Below are positions 1 to 13,923 of a stretch of DNA of 64,000 bases, piece after piece. Each line of letters begins with the position of its first letter. Position 1 is the first letter of the stretch. A program made the translations under genes and the position numbers. Below the pieces are notes generated by a model. The model was not told where the DNA came from. It was given only the letters and a program-made list of their open reading frames with translations, and ran no database searches. This DNA comes from the human T2T-CHM13v2.0 reference genome, Homo sapiens, in NCBI RefSeq assembly GCF_009914755.1, contig NC_060925.1. One strand, given 5' to 3'.

Positions 1-563
1 ATATTCATTTATTCTGCCTGTAAAGACTCGCTTTCTGATTTGCCCTCACATCTGTGCTTGCTGGAGGAACAGATGCTCAGTTCCTAACGGTCAAAGTTTG
101 GCCTTTTCCCTCCTATCACTAAACCAGAAAGAAACAGGGTTCCGAAGAATGGTGGCAGCTTTCCAATGGTTGGCCTGCACGTTTACATTTAAAGTAAGCA
201 GGTGGCATCAATGGGCTGTCTAATGACTAACAAGATAAGAGTGCAATTGATCTTTTTATTAACCCATCTCCCCAGGTGGGTGGCAGCCTGCTCCTCCCCT
301 CTGGGTTCAGTCACGTTGTTCAGTTCCAGGAATCGTTTTAGATCTTTTTGCTTTTTTGTCTGAGCTGATACTTAAAACACAGGGACACAAGCACTAATAT
401 CCATCTCATCTAAATTCTATTCTCTCTGTATCTCCAAATTGGTAAATGCCTTCATCATTTGAATCTAATAAAAAAATTAATGCACATGCTAATGCATTTT
501 CAATTTCATTGATAATCTTTTCATGCTGAATTTGAACTGTGGATTTGTTTGTCTCCCTTCTAG

Positions 564-632
564 GTTACAGACCACTTACTCTAAACTTCACAAATGGTTC
601 TGAAGAGTATGGAGCCTACGTAGATTCATAAG
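564..632 (+). other. Candidate small internal (non-coding/5'UTR) exon
   Basis: Polypyrimidine acceptor TTTGTTTGTCTCCCTTCTAG|G (AG at 562-563), branch-like CTGAAT upstream and donor AAG|GTAAAT (GT at 633-634). Splice signals only, no transcript evidence. Confidence 0.35.
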
Positions 633-1261
633 GTAAATGATTAATTTCAAAATAAGATACAATAGCTTCAATTATGATATGAATTCAAGCACTGCCTAAA
701 TGTATTTGCTTTATCTATTGGTGGTTTTCTAAGTTCTGATATTGGATGATCTTTTATTAAATGTAGAAGATAAAATCATGATCCTGGGTGGAGATGAGGG
801 AAGAAGAAACTACATGTATGGGTTACCTCTCTCCATGAGTCAGGTTATTCGTTGTATGTTGCTTAAGACTGGCTGTCTACCTATCTAGATTTCTTACAAA
901 ATTATGCTTGTGATCTTAGGCATTTTTCTGCCTTGGAGTATTCTTGGACATCACAAATCACATAGGCAAATAGAGATCAGTTAAAGTTGCTATTTTTTGC
1001 AAATGAAGCCAGAAATTATTCGGATGCATTCCTTTGTAGAAGTAGGATGAGGTACAAAATATCCTGTGGTGGTGTTAGATGAGGAAGTGTGGGCTGAAGG
1101 GACTTAGAGAGGACGGCCTCATATTTCTGTTTCTCTGAATCATGATCATCATTTGCTTTCCTGGTTATTACTAAGTAATTATACATTCCTAGAAGCTATG
1201 AATTCTATATTAAAGCGGACTTACATAGAATCTTTAATTCCACCTATAGCAAAATGATTAA

Positions 1262-1458
1262 AAGCCTAGCCTTCAGAGCCCACCTAAATTCAAAGTGTGA
1301 TTCTGTCATTTACCAGCTATGTGGCTGTGGGCTCCACATTCTTATTTGCAAAATGGGAGAAATTGTCATACCTACTTTCAAGAGTTGTGGCATAGCATAA
1401 ACAAATTAGTAGGTGTAAAATGCTTAAAATATTGCCTGGCACCTAGTAAGCACTAAAT
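1262..1458 (+). mobile_element. MIR SINE (degraded)
   Basis: MIR core-like TTATTTGCAAAATGGGAG...CCTACTTTCAAGAGTTGTGG and 3' end GCCTGGCACCTAGTAAGCACT. Confidence 0.75.
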
Positions 1459-3317
1459 TTACTGATTTCACAAAGCTCTATTTTTTGATGTCCTCACTTT
1501 ACGGATTGTTTCACTAAATCTCTATTTTTCAACCTCCTCACCTTACTTGCTTCAGGTTCTCAATTCTTCCATAGTCCACAAACTTGGAGGCTATAGCAAT
1601 TATTAAGGGAACCAAACTCTGAGTTCTGTTTTAGCAGCCTCTCTCCAATACTTTCATGTAAATGCCAGGAAAGAAAATAATTGGCATCCCATTGCCCTTT
1701 GAATGAGTTCCTGGCTCGCTCTAGGTGGTGTGACGTGTAAAGTGACCTGAAAGTGGGGTGCCTGCCAGCCCGGCGCACAGCACAGCGTAGTTGGAGAATC
1801 AATTACAAGGCTTGTCACCATTTCAGAAACATGCAAACATCAATTGGTATAGAGTTTCAGGAAGCAGAATAAAAAGGAACCTACAAAACAAAAAGCCTTT
1901 CAGGGGAATGGAGGCACAGTTCTTCCAGATCACAAACGGATGATTATGATCACCATTAGCACTTAATGAGCCTATATAGGGCCAATGACTTCATCCGCCC
2001 AGAAGATTTGCCAATAGTCCATGTTGCCACTCACGTTCATCCTTCTCTTCTAAGAAGCATAACCATGGTGTTAAGTCATGGGATTTCCCTCTCCTCCACT
2101 AGCAAAAACATATTTCTCAATTCTACCATCCCCTAATTTTCTTTCAGGAGTAAGGTAACAAATTAGAGAAAAGAAAATAACACCCAGGGATGGCTTACAC
2201 AGTCCCGGAACACCTGGGTTCAATTCAAAATTGGTCATTAACTACTCTCTGACCTAGTTTTCTCATCTTCAAAATGTAATCAGTTACTATCCTATTTACA
2301 CTTACATAGTAATATATCACTCTTCTATTTCCAAAGGTAATATTAAAGATGAAAATATGTGAAATTGATATTTTGACATAAGTGGAGATATCATTTGTTA
2401 TATTTAATTTAGGTATTTATTACAAATGTTATAATTTATTGTAGCCATATTTTTCTTTTAATAACTAAAATGTGGAAAATGGCATGTTAAAGTTTAAATG
2501 GGCTATCTGCTGAGCTACTTAAAAAACTATTAATTAAAATGAGATATAGGACCTAAACAGAAGTTTGATCTTTTTAGAACTAACCATACTATTATAATTT
2601 TTATATTAGTCAACATAAATTTTACTATTAAAATCATTTAAAGGGGCAAACGTTGGCAAAGTAGAAGTGATATTGTGAAGCGCATATATTAATAATAGGT
2701 TATTTATTGAAGGAAAAAAGTCATTATAATAGATACCATTCCCTATGATGATACTTACGTGAATTTTTTTCTTTTTCCTGACTTAAAGATATAATTCAGT
2801 AAACATAGTAGATCTTAAAAGTGTATAATATATTGACAGCAAGGCAAGTAACAGTTACTGTGGAAGGGATAATATTAGATATTAAGAGAGTGCTTTAGGG
2901 TAATACTTCAGAAATTCAGGATTGTTTTATGTGAAAATATTTCAGCATGATTTTTCTGGCATCTTTGTGATATAAATAAACTTTATTTGCTCTGATAGTG
3001 TAAGAAGCAAAAATGGGTAATGTCTACTACCTATAACCAGCATTTCAGGAAAGTGTCGCTGTTAAAAATACATGGCAGGGATTGCATTTTGGGGCTCTAG
3101 TCCCAAATCTGCATGTGAACTTTCTGAGTCATCTTGAGTAATTAGCATCTCTCTAAAATTTTTGATATACAACTTGAAGAAATGGATGAAGGGACCTCAA
3201 AGAAAAAGGCTGATTTTTAGAAAAAAACTTCCAAGCAACAAAAATGGTTAGCAGATTTTAACATGCACAAATTCACATTCTGCTATTTATCTTTCCTTAC
3301 ATGTATGCGTATGCCTC

Positions 3318-4062
<745 letters not shown>

Positions 4063-4100
4063 GCCTCTACACCCCCTGATCTCATCATTTCAAGAATCAT

Positions 4101-4262
4101 GGCCAGGTGTGGTGGCCTACCCCTATAACCTAGCACTTTGGGCTATCAAAGCAGGAGGATCACTTGACCCCAGGAGTTAGAGACAGGAGTTAGAGACATG
4201 CCTGGGCAACATGGCAAAACTCTGTCTCTATTAAAAAAACAAAAACAGACAAACAAAAAAAC
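4101..4262 (+). mobile_element. Alu left monomer (FLAM/AluJ-like)
   Basis: GGCCAGGTGTGGTGGC...CTGGGCAACATGGCAAAACTCTGTCTCTA plus A-rich tail; internal 13-bp duplication CAGGAGTTAGAGA. Confidence 0.85.
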
Positions 4263-4642
4263 AATGAAAGGGTTATTTTAAATTGGACCCTCCTCATATT
4301 CCACAAAAATTTTTAAATCACAAAAAAAGGCTAAGCTAAGTTTAACTTTTAGTCTTACCCACTAGATATTTGGAGACTATTTTTCTTACCATTTAACTAA
4401 TTTTACTAGGGGGATGGTCTATATTACACCCAAAACTTTTCCACAACAAAGAAATATAAAAAGAAGATAAAGTGTGACCCCTATACTTTACAGTTTATTT
4501 ATAGAAGTAAAATTAACATATACAAAAATAGATATTAGTACCAGAAAAAGTATACATATATGTTCATTTCAGTATAATAAATTATGAATTTTATAGGAAT
4601 TCTGATGGAATAAGTGGCATCAAAGATGTGGTTTGAATAATG

Positions 4643-4877
4643 AATACTTTGGATACATAGTGCTTTTGGGGGCTAAATAACCAGTGATACTATGGATTTA
4701 TATTATCCAGGGTCTGTGTAATACTTTGGATACATAGTGCTTTTGGGGGCTAAATAACCAGTGATACTATGGATTTATATTATCCAGGGTCTGTGTAATA
4801 CTTTGGATACATAGTGCTTTTGGGGGCTAAATAACCAGTGATACTATGGAATTATATTATCCAGGGTCTGTGTAATA
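4643..4877. repeat. 77-bp tandem repeat, 3 copies + 4 bp
   Basis: Units start at 4643, 4720 and 4797; copies 1 and 2 identical, copy 3 has one substitution (GGAATTATA vs GGATTTATA). Confidence 0.97.
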
Positions 4878-5134
4878 GGCTGTTTGATCACTAAAAGTAA
4901 GACACAGGGATAATTGAAGGGGTCGGGTAATTCATTATGAAGGCAGGTGAATCCTAAGAAGTCTTTCACTCTTGCACATTCAGTGAAAGTGCCAATAGGC
5001 ATCCCACCAAAATCCCCGGTGTAGCCAGAGTCTGAAGCTTTCTTCTTATATAGCAACAGTGAGAATTCCAGTATGAGTGGAAAAAATTCATTCACTTCAG
5101 AGAGAACTACAATTACAACAGTTGAATTATGGCC

Positions 5135-5436
5135 TTTATTTGTTTTACTTTATTTATTTATTATTGAGACAGGGTCTCACTCTGTCACCCAGGCTGGAGT
5201 GCGGTGGTGCAATCACAGGTCACTGCAGCCTTGACCTTCCAGGGTCATATGATCCTTCCACCTTAGCCTCCCGAGTAGCTGGGACTACAGGCATGTACCA
5301 CCATTTTTGTATTTTGTGTAGAGACAAGGTTTCACCATGTTGCCCAGGCTGGTCTCAAACTCCTGGGCTCAAGCCATCCTCCCATTTCAGCCTCCCAAGG
5401 TGTTGGGATTACAGGCATGAGACACTGTGCTTGGCT
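5135..5436 (-). mobile_element. AluJ
   Basis: (TTTA)n tail then GAGACAGGGTCTCACTCTGTCACCCAGGCTGGAG...; J-type CTCCTGGGCTCAAG. Confidence 0.92.
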
Positions 5437-5857
5437 CAGTTATGGCTTTTAAGACCCAAATGTTGGTCTTGTGTGCAAAGCTCAATGAGTAACCCCATTT
5501 CTCTGAATAGAAAACCAGAGTCTCTGAGGCTTATCAAGCACGAGCATTCCACCACCGATGAGTCAGTTTCCCTAGCTCTCCCTGTTAATCCATCAAGTTG
5601 CTTTCTTTTGGTTTCTAACCATGCTCAAAGTGAACCAGTTGAGAAAGCTGGTGCCAGTGACTTTAACAGAGAGAGGGTGGAGAGTATAGATGAGTCCATA
5701 CCTGGCTCTAAGAATAAACCATTTGCCATCTGAGGAAGAAATGAGATCATTCTCTTATTAATAATCCAAAATTTGACTCAGAAGGAAAACCAAAATTTGA
5801 CATTGGTCTTGAAACGTTGAGTTTCATTGTGTTGAAAACCCACGAGTATGCCAATGA

Positions 5858-6110
5858 CAATAATCATAATACCATTAGGTACTGAGAGTTTATTGTGTAC
5901 CTGCCATCCTGTTATATGCTTTAATTTATTATATCTCATTCAATTCTCACAAAGTTCATATTAGAAGAAAGTATTGGCCCCAGTCTAAAGATAAAGAAAT
6001 AGACAGAGAAATTTACTTTGATGAAATTAACAAGAAGCAAGTGGCAGAGCCAGGATTTGAACCCACATCTCTCTGAGACCGAAGGCTGTGCTCTTTCCAT
6101 TATGTACACT
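5858..6110 (-). mobile_element. MIR SINE
   Basis: GTGGCAGAGCCAGGATTTGAACCCACATCT and other antisense MIR motifs. Confidence 0.8.
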
Positions 6111-9100
6111 ACCTTTCTCACAGTGCTGCCTCACTGTCTAGTGATGCTTTTGTTATATGCTCAGGTACCAGGAAGATGACTGAGTTGACAGTTTTATTGC
6201 ATGTATGTACATTAACATCAACCAATACTTATTATTTAGTCCCATGAAGTCAGTGAATGTTTTGCAAGCAGATGGGCTACAGATTCAGAAAAATCAATGA
6301 ATATTTGAGCAAGCAAGTGAATTATGAAAAGCAAAAGCATTATATGTGCTTTTTCTGGAAAGTAAAGGGAAAGCTATAGTGTTAATAAAACAGACCCCAT
6401 GCTAATGACTTCGAGTCCCCCCAAAGTAAAAATCAATCTGACTGTAAGTTAGGTTGATTTTGTTCATTCCATAAACTTATTTCTCAATGGAGCTTCTTAA
6501 TTTTGACATTCAAAATACAGAATCTTGTTCATGGCTCTTTACTTTCAAATTTAAGGCCAGTTTACTTCCTAATCTCTTCTCATTTATTATTCATTTTCAT
6601 ATAAGTCTCACCTTGTTTTCACATACTTCATGTTCTTACACACTCGCTAACAGATAGCCCTCACTGTCTGGAAGATCTTCCATTGATCATACCTTTTTTC
6701 TTGTTTCTCAAATCTTTATTGTACTCAGCTTCTAGGATCTGAAGTTCTGATTTTGCTCAAAGCCTTCCCAATTAATTAGATATAAAATACTACCGTCCTT
6801 CTATGGAAATCCTCTTTCCTCTAGAGTCAAAGTCATTACCAATGGTGAAATGTATTCATTTTGTATATAGCAGTAATTTCAACAGTTAGATTGCATTTTT
6901 CATTGATCTCTTTTTGTCTGGTTATAGTAGAAATGCTATTGTAGAAAATTTGTAAATATCAAAACATATGAAGAAGCAAATGAAAGCCATTGTTTATACC
7001 AGAGAAGAGCATTGCTAACATTTTTTTGTATTTCTTTCTAGCCCTTTTCTATTTTCACCACATGTGGTTGTGTTTTAACTTAAACTCTCCCTGCCTTAAT
7101 ACATTTTTATCCTGCTTTCTTTTCTCTAAAATTGGACCATCTAATATTTGGTTTCACTCAGTTCCTTAGATTTATAAGAGCCAAGTAATCAGTAGGAGAT
7201 TTTGCCATTAAGAGTCCCGGTCAAGCATTGACTCATAGAAGCCTAGAAGCATTCATATTTCTGGGCTTGTTTACAAATATAAATCCTATGCAGTCTTATA
7301 CACAACTCTTGAATAATTCTTCTCTTTGCTTCCATCATGCGTTAATTTTTTGTTAATTAAAACCACTCTATTTTATCTCATAAAAGTTAGAAAAATATAT
7401 GAATATTACATTATAAAGACACGGCATTATAAAATAATACACCTGTCTTTCAGATTTCTAAATTAAATTATAAATCTAAAAAACTATTTTGTATCCATAT
7501 AATGTAGTGTACAACTTCTGTGCGTTCTCTCTTCTCTCCATGGGTTCACATTAGTGTATGGAAGATTGTTTTCTTGTTCAACTTTCCCTTTCAAGGCATC
7601 TAGCCCTTGCCTCCCCACCTCCACCCCAGCTTATTTTAACAAGACTGTCGTTTTTTTATCCTGTGAACATACATTGTGTGAAAACCTAACTTTCTCCTTG
7701 TGACTTATCTGTCCAATTACAGGATGCAAGTTTTTATCATTTAGCTCATTAGGAAAGACTTTACTCTTAAATAATTACTATGCATCTCATTTCTTCCACC
7801 TATTAAAAATAATGTTTGATTATTCCGCCCAGGTTTAGACATTTATCTGGTCTGGATTTGTTTACTAATCAAACTTTTAAAGACACCAATTTTTCCCCAC
7901 AAAAGCAATTAAAATGTGACTCTCATGGGAGAAACAGCCTTACACGATTTTACTGAACACCTTTATCTCAATGCCCCTGATACAAAGTGTATCCTCAGCA
8001 TCCAGCCCATGGCTTGTCATCATTAGCTATTTGTAAATGAATAAATAATATCATTCAACATATGAAAACCCATCCCCAAGCAAGCAGGACTACTGACTTG
8101 TAAGGGCTAAAAACTTTCATAGCTTCAGTAAGAGGCAAAAATCTTTCATTCTACAAAAATATGTTTCTTTAAATGCCACTTTTGAATCTCCTGCCTGTGA
8201 GAATAGCATTTCCTGCACCTTATATATTTTTCACACCACCTAAAAGAGATATCAGAGACTATCCAAGTTGAATCCTAATTCTAGAACTATTGGAAAACCG
8301 CTGAGTATATTCATGCATCAGTCGAGTAGGTTTTGCAGATGAAGATATGAAACCTAAAGTATGAGCACCATTGAGAAGGAGCATGAGACCTGAACAGGGA
8401 AGAGAGTGTTGAAGTTCCCCAGGCAATGGGATCTCAAGAGGACAATCATGAGGTGTCAGGACAATCAAGACACGGCAATATTTTAAAATGCAGACATTCT
8501 ACATCAAGGCAGATATTGCCAGCAAGAGGTCTGTGTTTTATTGAAGTCTAAACTAATTCCCCTTGTTTTATGCTCCTGAATGGTTCATTTGCTTTGGGAG
8601 CCTCAGGGGTAAAAGGGAAGGGAAACAAATTAAGTAAAACTGCGAAGACTTGTTAAAACTACACAAGGTGTGTCTAGCTCTCTTATTGTTATGTGATACA
8701 TTGGGGGAAAAAATCTGTGGGAATTCCACTCTGACTAACTGCATAACAACTCACAGCTGATTAAGTCAACCTTTGAAACATGCAATGTAAATACAGAGAA
8801 AACCAAACTTAATATGCAATAGCATAAACTAATCATTGTTTCATTTTCTGGAAATTGCGTTGGCACCAGGGTGAGAAGTAGATGAAAAAACGCCGAGAAA
8901 AACAAAGACATCTCTCGGTAAATCAGTAAGTTTACAGATTAATGAAGAGCCAGACATTGCTGTTAAGGACTTAATATGCAGTGATTATGAGCCTGACCTT
9001 CCATAACAGCAGCCACTTAAGAGTTCTAGTGGTGGGGAGACTCACATATGTACCTAGAGAGAGAAGAAAAGAGAAACATTTATGACTTTTGCACCACCCA

Positions 9101-11757
9101 ACATACACAAAAACACACCCTCTCTTAATCTCTGTCTATAAAACTTTATTTACATAGTTGTAAACTGGGAAATCTCAAGCATAAAACTCTGTCTGTATTA
9201 AATATACAATGGTTTAGTGGACTGGTGACTTTAGCAGGCTTGCCGATTTTTGCTTTTCCTGGCAGCAAATGATAAAAAGTCTTAGGGAATCCATATCTCT
9301 AAAGCCAAAAAGCAGCTCCCAGTCATTTGTGGCATCATTAGCAATGTTGTGATGTCCCTTAAGGACAAAACACATAAATGTTCTCATGTCACTTACAATT
9401 GTGTCAAGGAGAAAACCAAAATGAGCTTGCAAAGACATGCACCAGCTCAGTTTTGGAAGGAAAAAAAATCTTCCTTTGAAGGAAACGAAATCAATCCTCA
9501 GTTCAAATTAAATTTGGACTATTCTGTGAAGCTCCAATACACAGCTCCAATAACAATCAGTACTTATGGACTTAAGGTGCCGGCAAATAATGTTTCGTTT
9601 AAAAGAAATTGAATGAGGATTACTGACAGAGAAAGTTTTGATGCTATTTTGTCATTAGTTAAAGTTAAACCAGGGCATTATTGGCTCAGTCTTGAACATC
9701 TCAATCCTCACTCTTTTTTTTTTTTCTTTTTCTTCTTCCTTTTTTAATGCACTAGAAGCATTTGTCTGATTAGGCTTGTGACTTAATCTTATTAAAACCT
9801 TGTCATGCAAATGTAGCGTGAAGATTTCTGTCTCATGCAAAATGTAACTTAAATTCTATTGGCATGAAATACTTTGTTATGCACAAACCTTCTGTTTGGT
9901 TTGCTGACATTCTTCTCAGTCTGCTCTCATGGTGATTCATTATCTTGTGATATAGATTTCCAAGTATCATCTTTGTATTGATTTTTATATCTTTAATAAC
10001 CACTCCACAGAAGATGGCTCCACTGGTGTCATTGATCGCATCAAAAATTCAAGGCTTACAGAAATACTAGAGGGCTAATTGGTAGCAGAACATTTCAGAC
10101 TTAGCCTTAATGCAGTCTTAATCTTCTGCATTAAACTTACCTGAAGGTTTCCTCTTGGAATCAGCCAGGAAAAATTTAGCACTTCGTTGAAAAACACCTG
10201 GTGGGAGCAATGCAAGAACATGGCAGTCAATCGACTACGAACTTGAAAATGTCACATAACATTTAGATATCAAGAGCGATCCTTTCATCATCCGGGCCTC
10301 CATAACTGGAATGCTCCTTCCTTTTCTTTTCTATGGCCTCTGGCTCCACCAAGCCAGATTTGCTTAAACGTTTTAGAACAGGCCGTCAAAGATAAGTTCC
10401 CATAATTTTAAAGCCTGTGCCGTTCTGTGGTTTGATCAATAGGTGAGATTCCTTTGCAGAATGTCAGAGTGAACATCCTGTTTGTGGAAATGACAAAACG
10501 ACAAATTCAAGACCATAGGTGTAAGGCCAGCAAGCCCAAAGATCCGTTAGATGACCAGGTTTCTCATCCTCTAACTTGCTTCCCTCTTGCTCCTCATTCT
10601 CAGAGCATACAGACATGGCTTAGGCAACTAGAAACCTAACCAAGAGAGAAGCAAGTACTTTCTGTAATGCTCAAGAGGAACTTGATCATAAAGTTGAAAC
10701 TTTGACTCGTTTTATTCTTTCCCGGGTTATTTTGTGAACTTACTCTGTCAGTCAGTGTATCAAAGCACAAATTGGTATAACCTGGTACCTTCCCTAGAGT
10801 ACCTTATTCTCAGAAGCCTGTGGGCAGAACGTGGAAAGGAAACTAGGACGTCTTAGAAAGATAAAGAGGAGGCAGGATGCACAAGGATGTAGGCTTTGGA
10901 ACTGGCCAGACCTGAATTCTATTCCACCTCCAACATTGTGCTGTGTGGCACTTGGCAGATCACTGCCTCCCTAAAAAAATGTCAACCGTGAAAATTTTCC
11001 TTCTCATAAGAATAAAACGTACCAATGCACAGAAATCCCGGTACTGAGCTTGTTATCTGTGCTCCATTGAAAAACACCTAGTGTTTTTCAGCACAGAGGT
11101 GTGTTACATATTAGAAGACCATAAAGGAAGAAGCCATGTGTTCTGCTTATTTGTTTTTTATTTTCTCCCTGTAGGAGTTGAAGAAGTCATTTTTGAAAGG
11201 TGGAAAAAGGGGAAGTCATACAAGAAAATTTGTATATGTTCTGTTTCTTAGCAGGATTCGAAACAAAGAACTACACATATATGCTGTTCAGCATTATTGT
11301 AGATACAGCATCAAGCGCTCAGAGGAATTTGAAACGTGAAAGACATTGGAGTTAGAGTGGTGATTTTAGAAAGACTGGAAATAGGAAAGGATGAATCAAG
11401 GATGAGGTCATAGTGAAATATTATAAACGATGTGGTGAATTTTTGATATTTAGATTCTTGAATCTTGAGTGAATCCTTGATCACCAGATATTGGATGAAT
11501 TCTTAAATCACCAGAAATTATAGTTGTAAGTTTCAAACTTTCTGATTTTAAAAACTTATTTTTAAAATAAGTTTAATAACCTCATAAAAGCCTAATACAT
11601 TTGGAAGGGTCTTAGTAATTAATTTTAAGTATCAATGCACTCTTACAATTTATTGCTGAGATTGTCTTCAAAGTGTTACATAACAACACAAGTGTGGGTC
11701 TCAGTTTACTTAGGATATGATATTTAAGGAAATGGCAAATGCTTGTATTATACACTT

Positions 11758-12083
11758 GTTTTTCTTTCTTCCTTTCTTTTTTTTTAAGAGATGGGGTCTC
11801 TGTTGCTCAGGCTGGAGTGCAGTGACATTATCATAGCTCATTGTAGCCCCAACCTCCTGGGCTCAAGTGATGCTCCATCTCAGCCTTCTGAGTAGCTGGG
11901 ACTATAAGTGTGTGCCACCATATCCAGCTAATTTTTTTAATTTTTATTATTATTATTATTTTTTGTAGAGACAGGGTCTCGCTTTGTTGCCCAGGCTAGT
12001 ATCAAAGCCCTGGCCTCAAGCTGTCCTCCTGCCTTGGCCTCCCAAAGTGCTAGGGTTACAGGCATAAGCCGTCACTCCTGATC
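11758..12083 (-). mobile_element. AluJ
   Basis: Antisense Alu dimer with T-rich tail and expanded (TTA)n middle linker. Confidence 0.92.
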
Positions 12084-13923
12084 CCACTTTTTATTCAAGT
12101 CATTATTTATGTTGTATAATTATGTGTATCATAGAACTTAGTCATGTATTTGGCCCCATAAATCCCCATCTGCTTGTGAAATTTTCATTTATACTTTCAT
12201 CACATCCTCCTTTCCTAAACAAGCTACAGTTTTCAGCCCATGAGAGGAAAACATTTTCAGGCAGTTTTATTACAGGTGGTTTGACCATCATTGTGTAACT
12301 GCCTTTTGAACTGCCCTCCCACAAAATAGTTCTTGATTTTGCTGCAGTTTATATAAGAACTTGTTATCCCACCTGTCTGCTCCTCCTTTTGTCTTCTGTT
12401 TTCCTCCTCTTTGCTCTCTTCCTCTCTTTTTCTTTTCTAACTTCATTCCTTCCTAAGCTTCTACTTTATTTTCATGATTCTTCTCCCTTCCTCTCTTCTT
12501 CTCTTCCTTGTCATGTTGTTACCTGAACTGAAGCCCAATGCACAGAGTTGTAAGTTTAATTCAAATTTTATTTATCCTTAAGATATTTACATAATACCTG
12601 AAGGCATCCCCCAATATGGTGCTAAATTCATTTTCCATCCTTTACAAGAAAGATGTAAAATATGAAAGGAAACAAAAATTCTGCCTAATTCAGTGAAGAT
12701 AGTTTTCCAAGTGCTGACAAATTTCTTTTTTTCCTAAACCTTTCCCTTTCTTTCCCCTACAATATAACAAAAAGGTCTCTTGACCACAGAAACCTTTGCT
12801 CAGTAGTAAGTTAATATGGTACATGAACATTTTCTGTTTCCTATTTTTAAAAACTTCAATATACTACAAAAAGAAAATGTGGACCTCCACTCTTAATGAA
12901 CTAGGAAAATTAATTTATTTATTAATTTATTTTTTGAATGCTGGGAAAATTTAGACACTCGATACTAATCAGCTTATTGTTTCTGAAAATTTTTCTTTTC
13001 TTTTTTAGTAGTGTTATCTATTCTTTACCATTCTCAGAGAATTAAGTTTTTGCTTATTAAAGCAATACTATTAAACAGTATTTGATTATTGACTAATAAC
13101 CAAAGAATTGAAATATAGTAAAATGTCACTAGCAAAAAAACTTTTTTTCTTTTACTTTTTGTTAAATTCCTCTTTAATAGTTGTTAAAACTACAAAAGTG
13201 GGAATTGACAAGATTTCCAGCCAAATGAATTTTTTTTAAATTTTGGATTTGTATATAAAATGATCCAGAAGTGAAATATGAAAGTTATGATATTTTCAGG
13301 ATTTCTTCTTCTGGTCATCTCCATACCTTTTACACTCTCCAAATGGAGGCCTCACATCATTTCATAATAGGAGCCATAGCAGGAGCTTTAGAATCATTAT
13401 TGATGTCATTCTGGAGAGCAAATTACATGTGTGCTTCAATTTGCCACTATGGAATTTACATAACCTCAGATTTTGAATTGAATGACCAGTGGACAAAATT
13501 GGCATCCTAACTTCCAATCAGATATTAACTGCCATGTTTTCAGCTACTATGATGCTTTCACTTGTATTGAATTCTCACAAAGGCTCAATATGAAAAATAT
13601 TATCATTTTTGTTTTACAGATGCTAAAATTGAGAATCAGGGAAATTAAGCAATGTTGCCCAAATTGACAAACTCAGTAGTTATACCACATAGACTGTTCT
13701 GTTTGGCAAATAGACCTGAAAAATAGCAATTTGCCAATGGTTGGTAAATATTGTTTGTGATGTTTTGTTTATTGTGGTAAGAATACTTACCATGAGATCT
13801 ACCCTCTTAACAGATTTTCAAGTGTACAATAACATGTTGTTACCTATAGGCATAATGTTGTGTGGCATAGCTTTAGAATTTATTCATCTTGCATCACTGA
13901 AACTCTATATGTTGATGAGCAAC

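Noticed and set aside
4643-4877. Possible CRISPR-like array
   Set aside because: Units are contiguous with no unique spacers, and the DNA is eukaryotic; it is a plain tandem repeat
5077-5733. 218-aa ORF
   Set aside because: Non-ATG start and runs through an antisense AluJ; typical Alu-derived peptide
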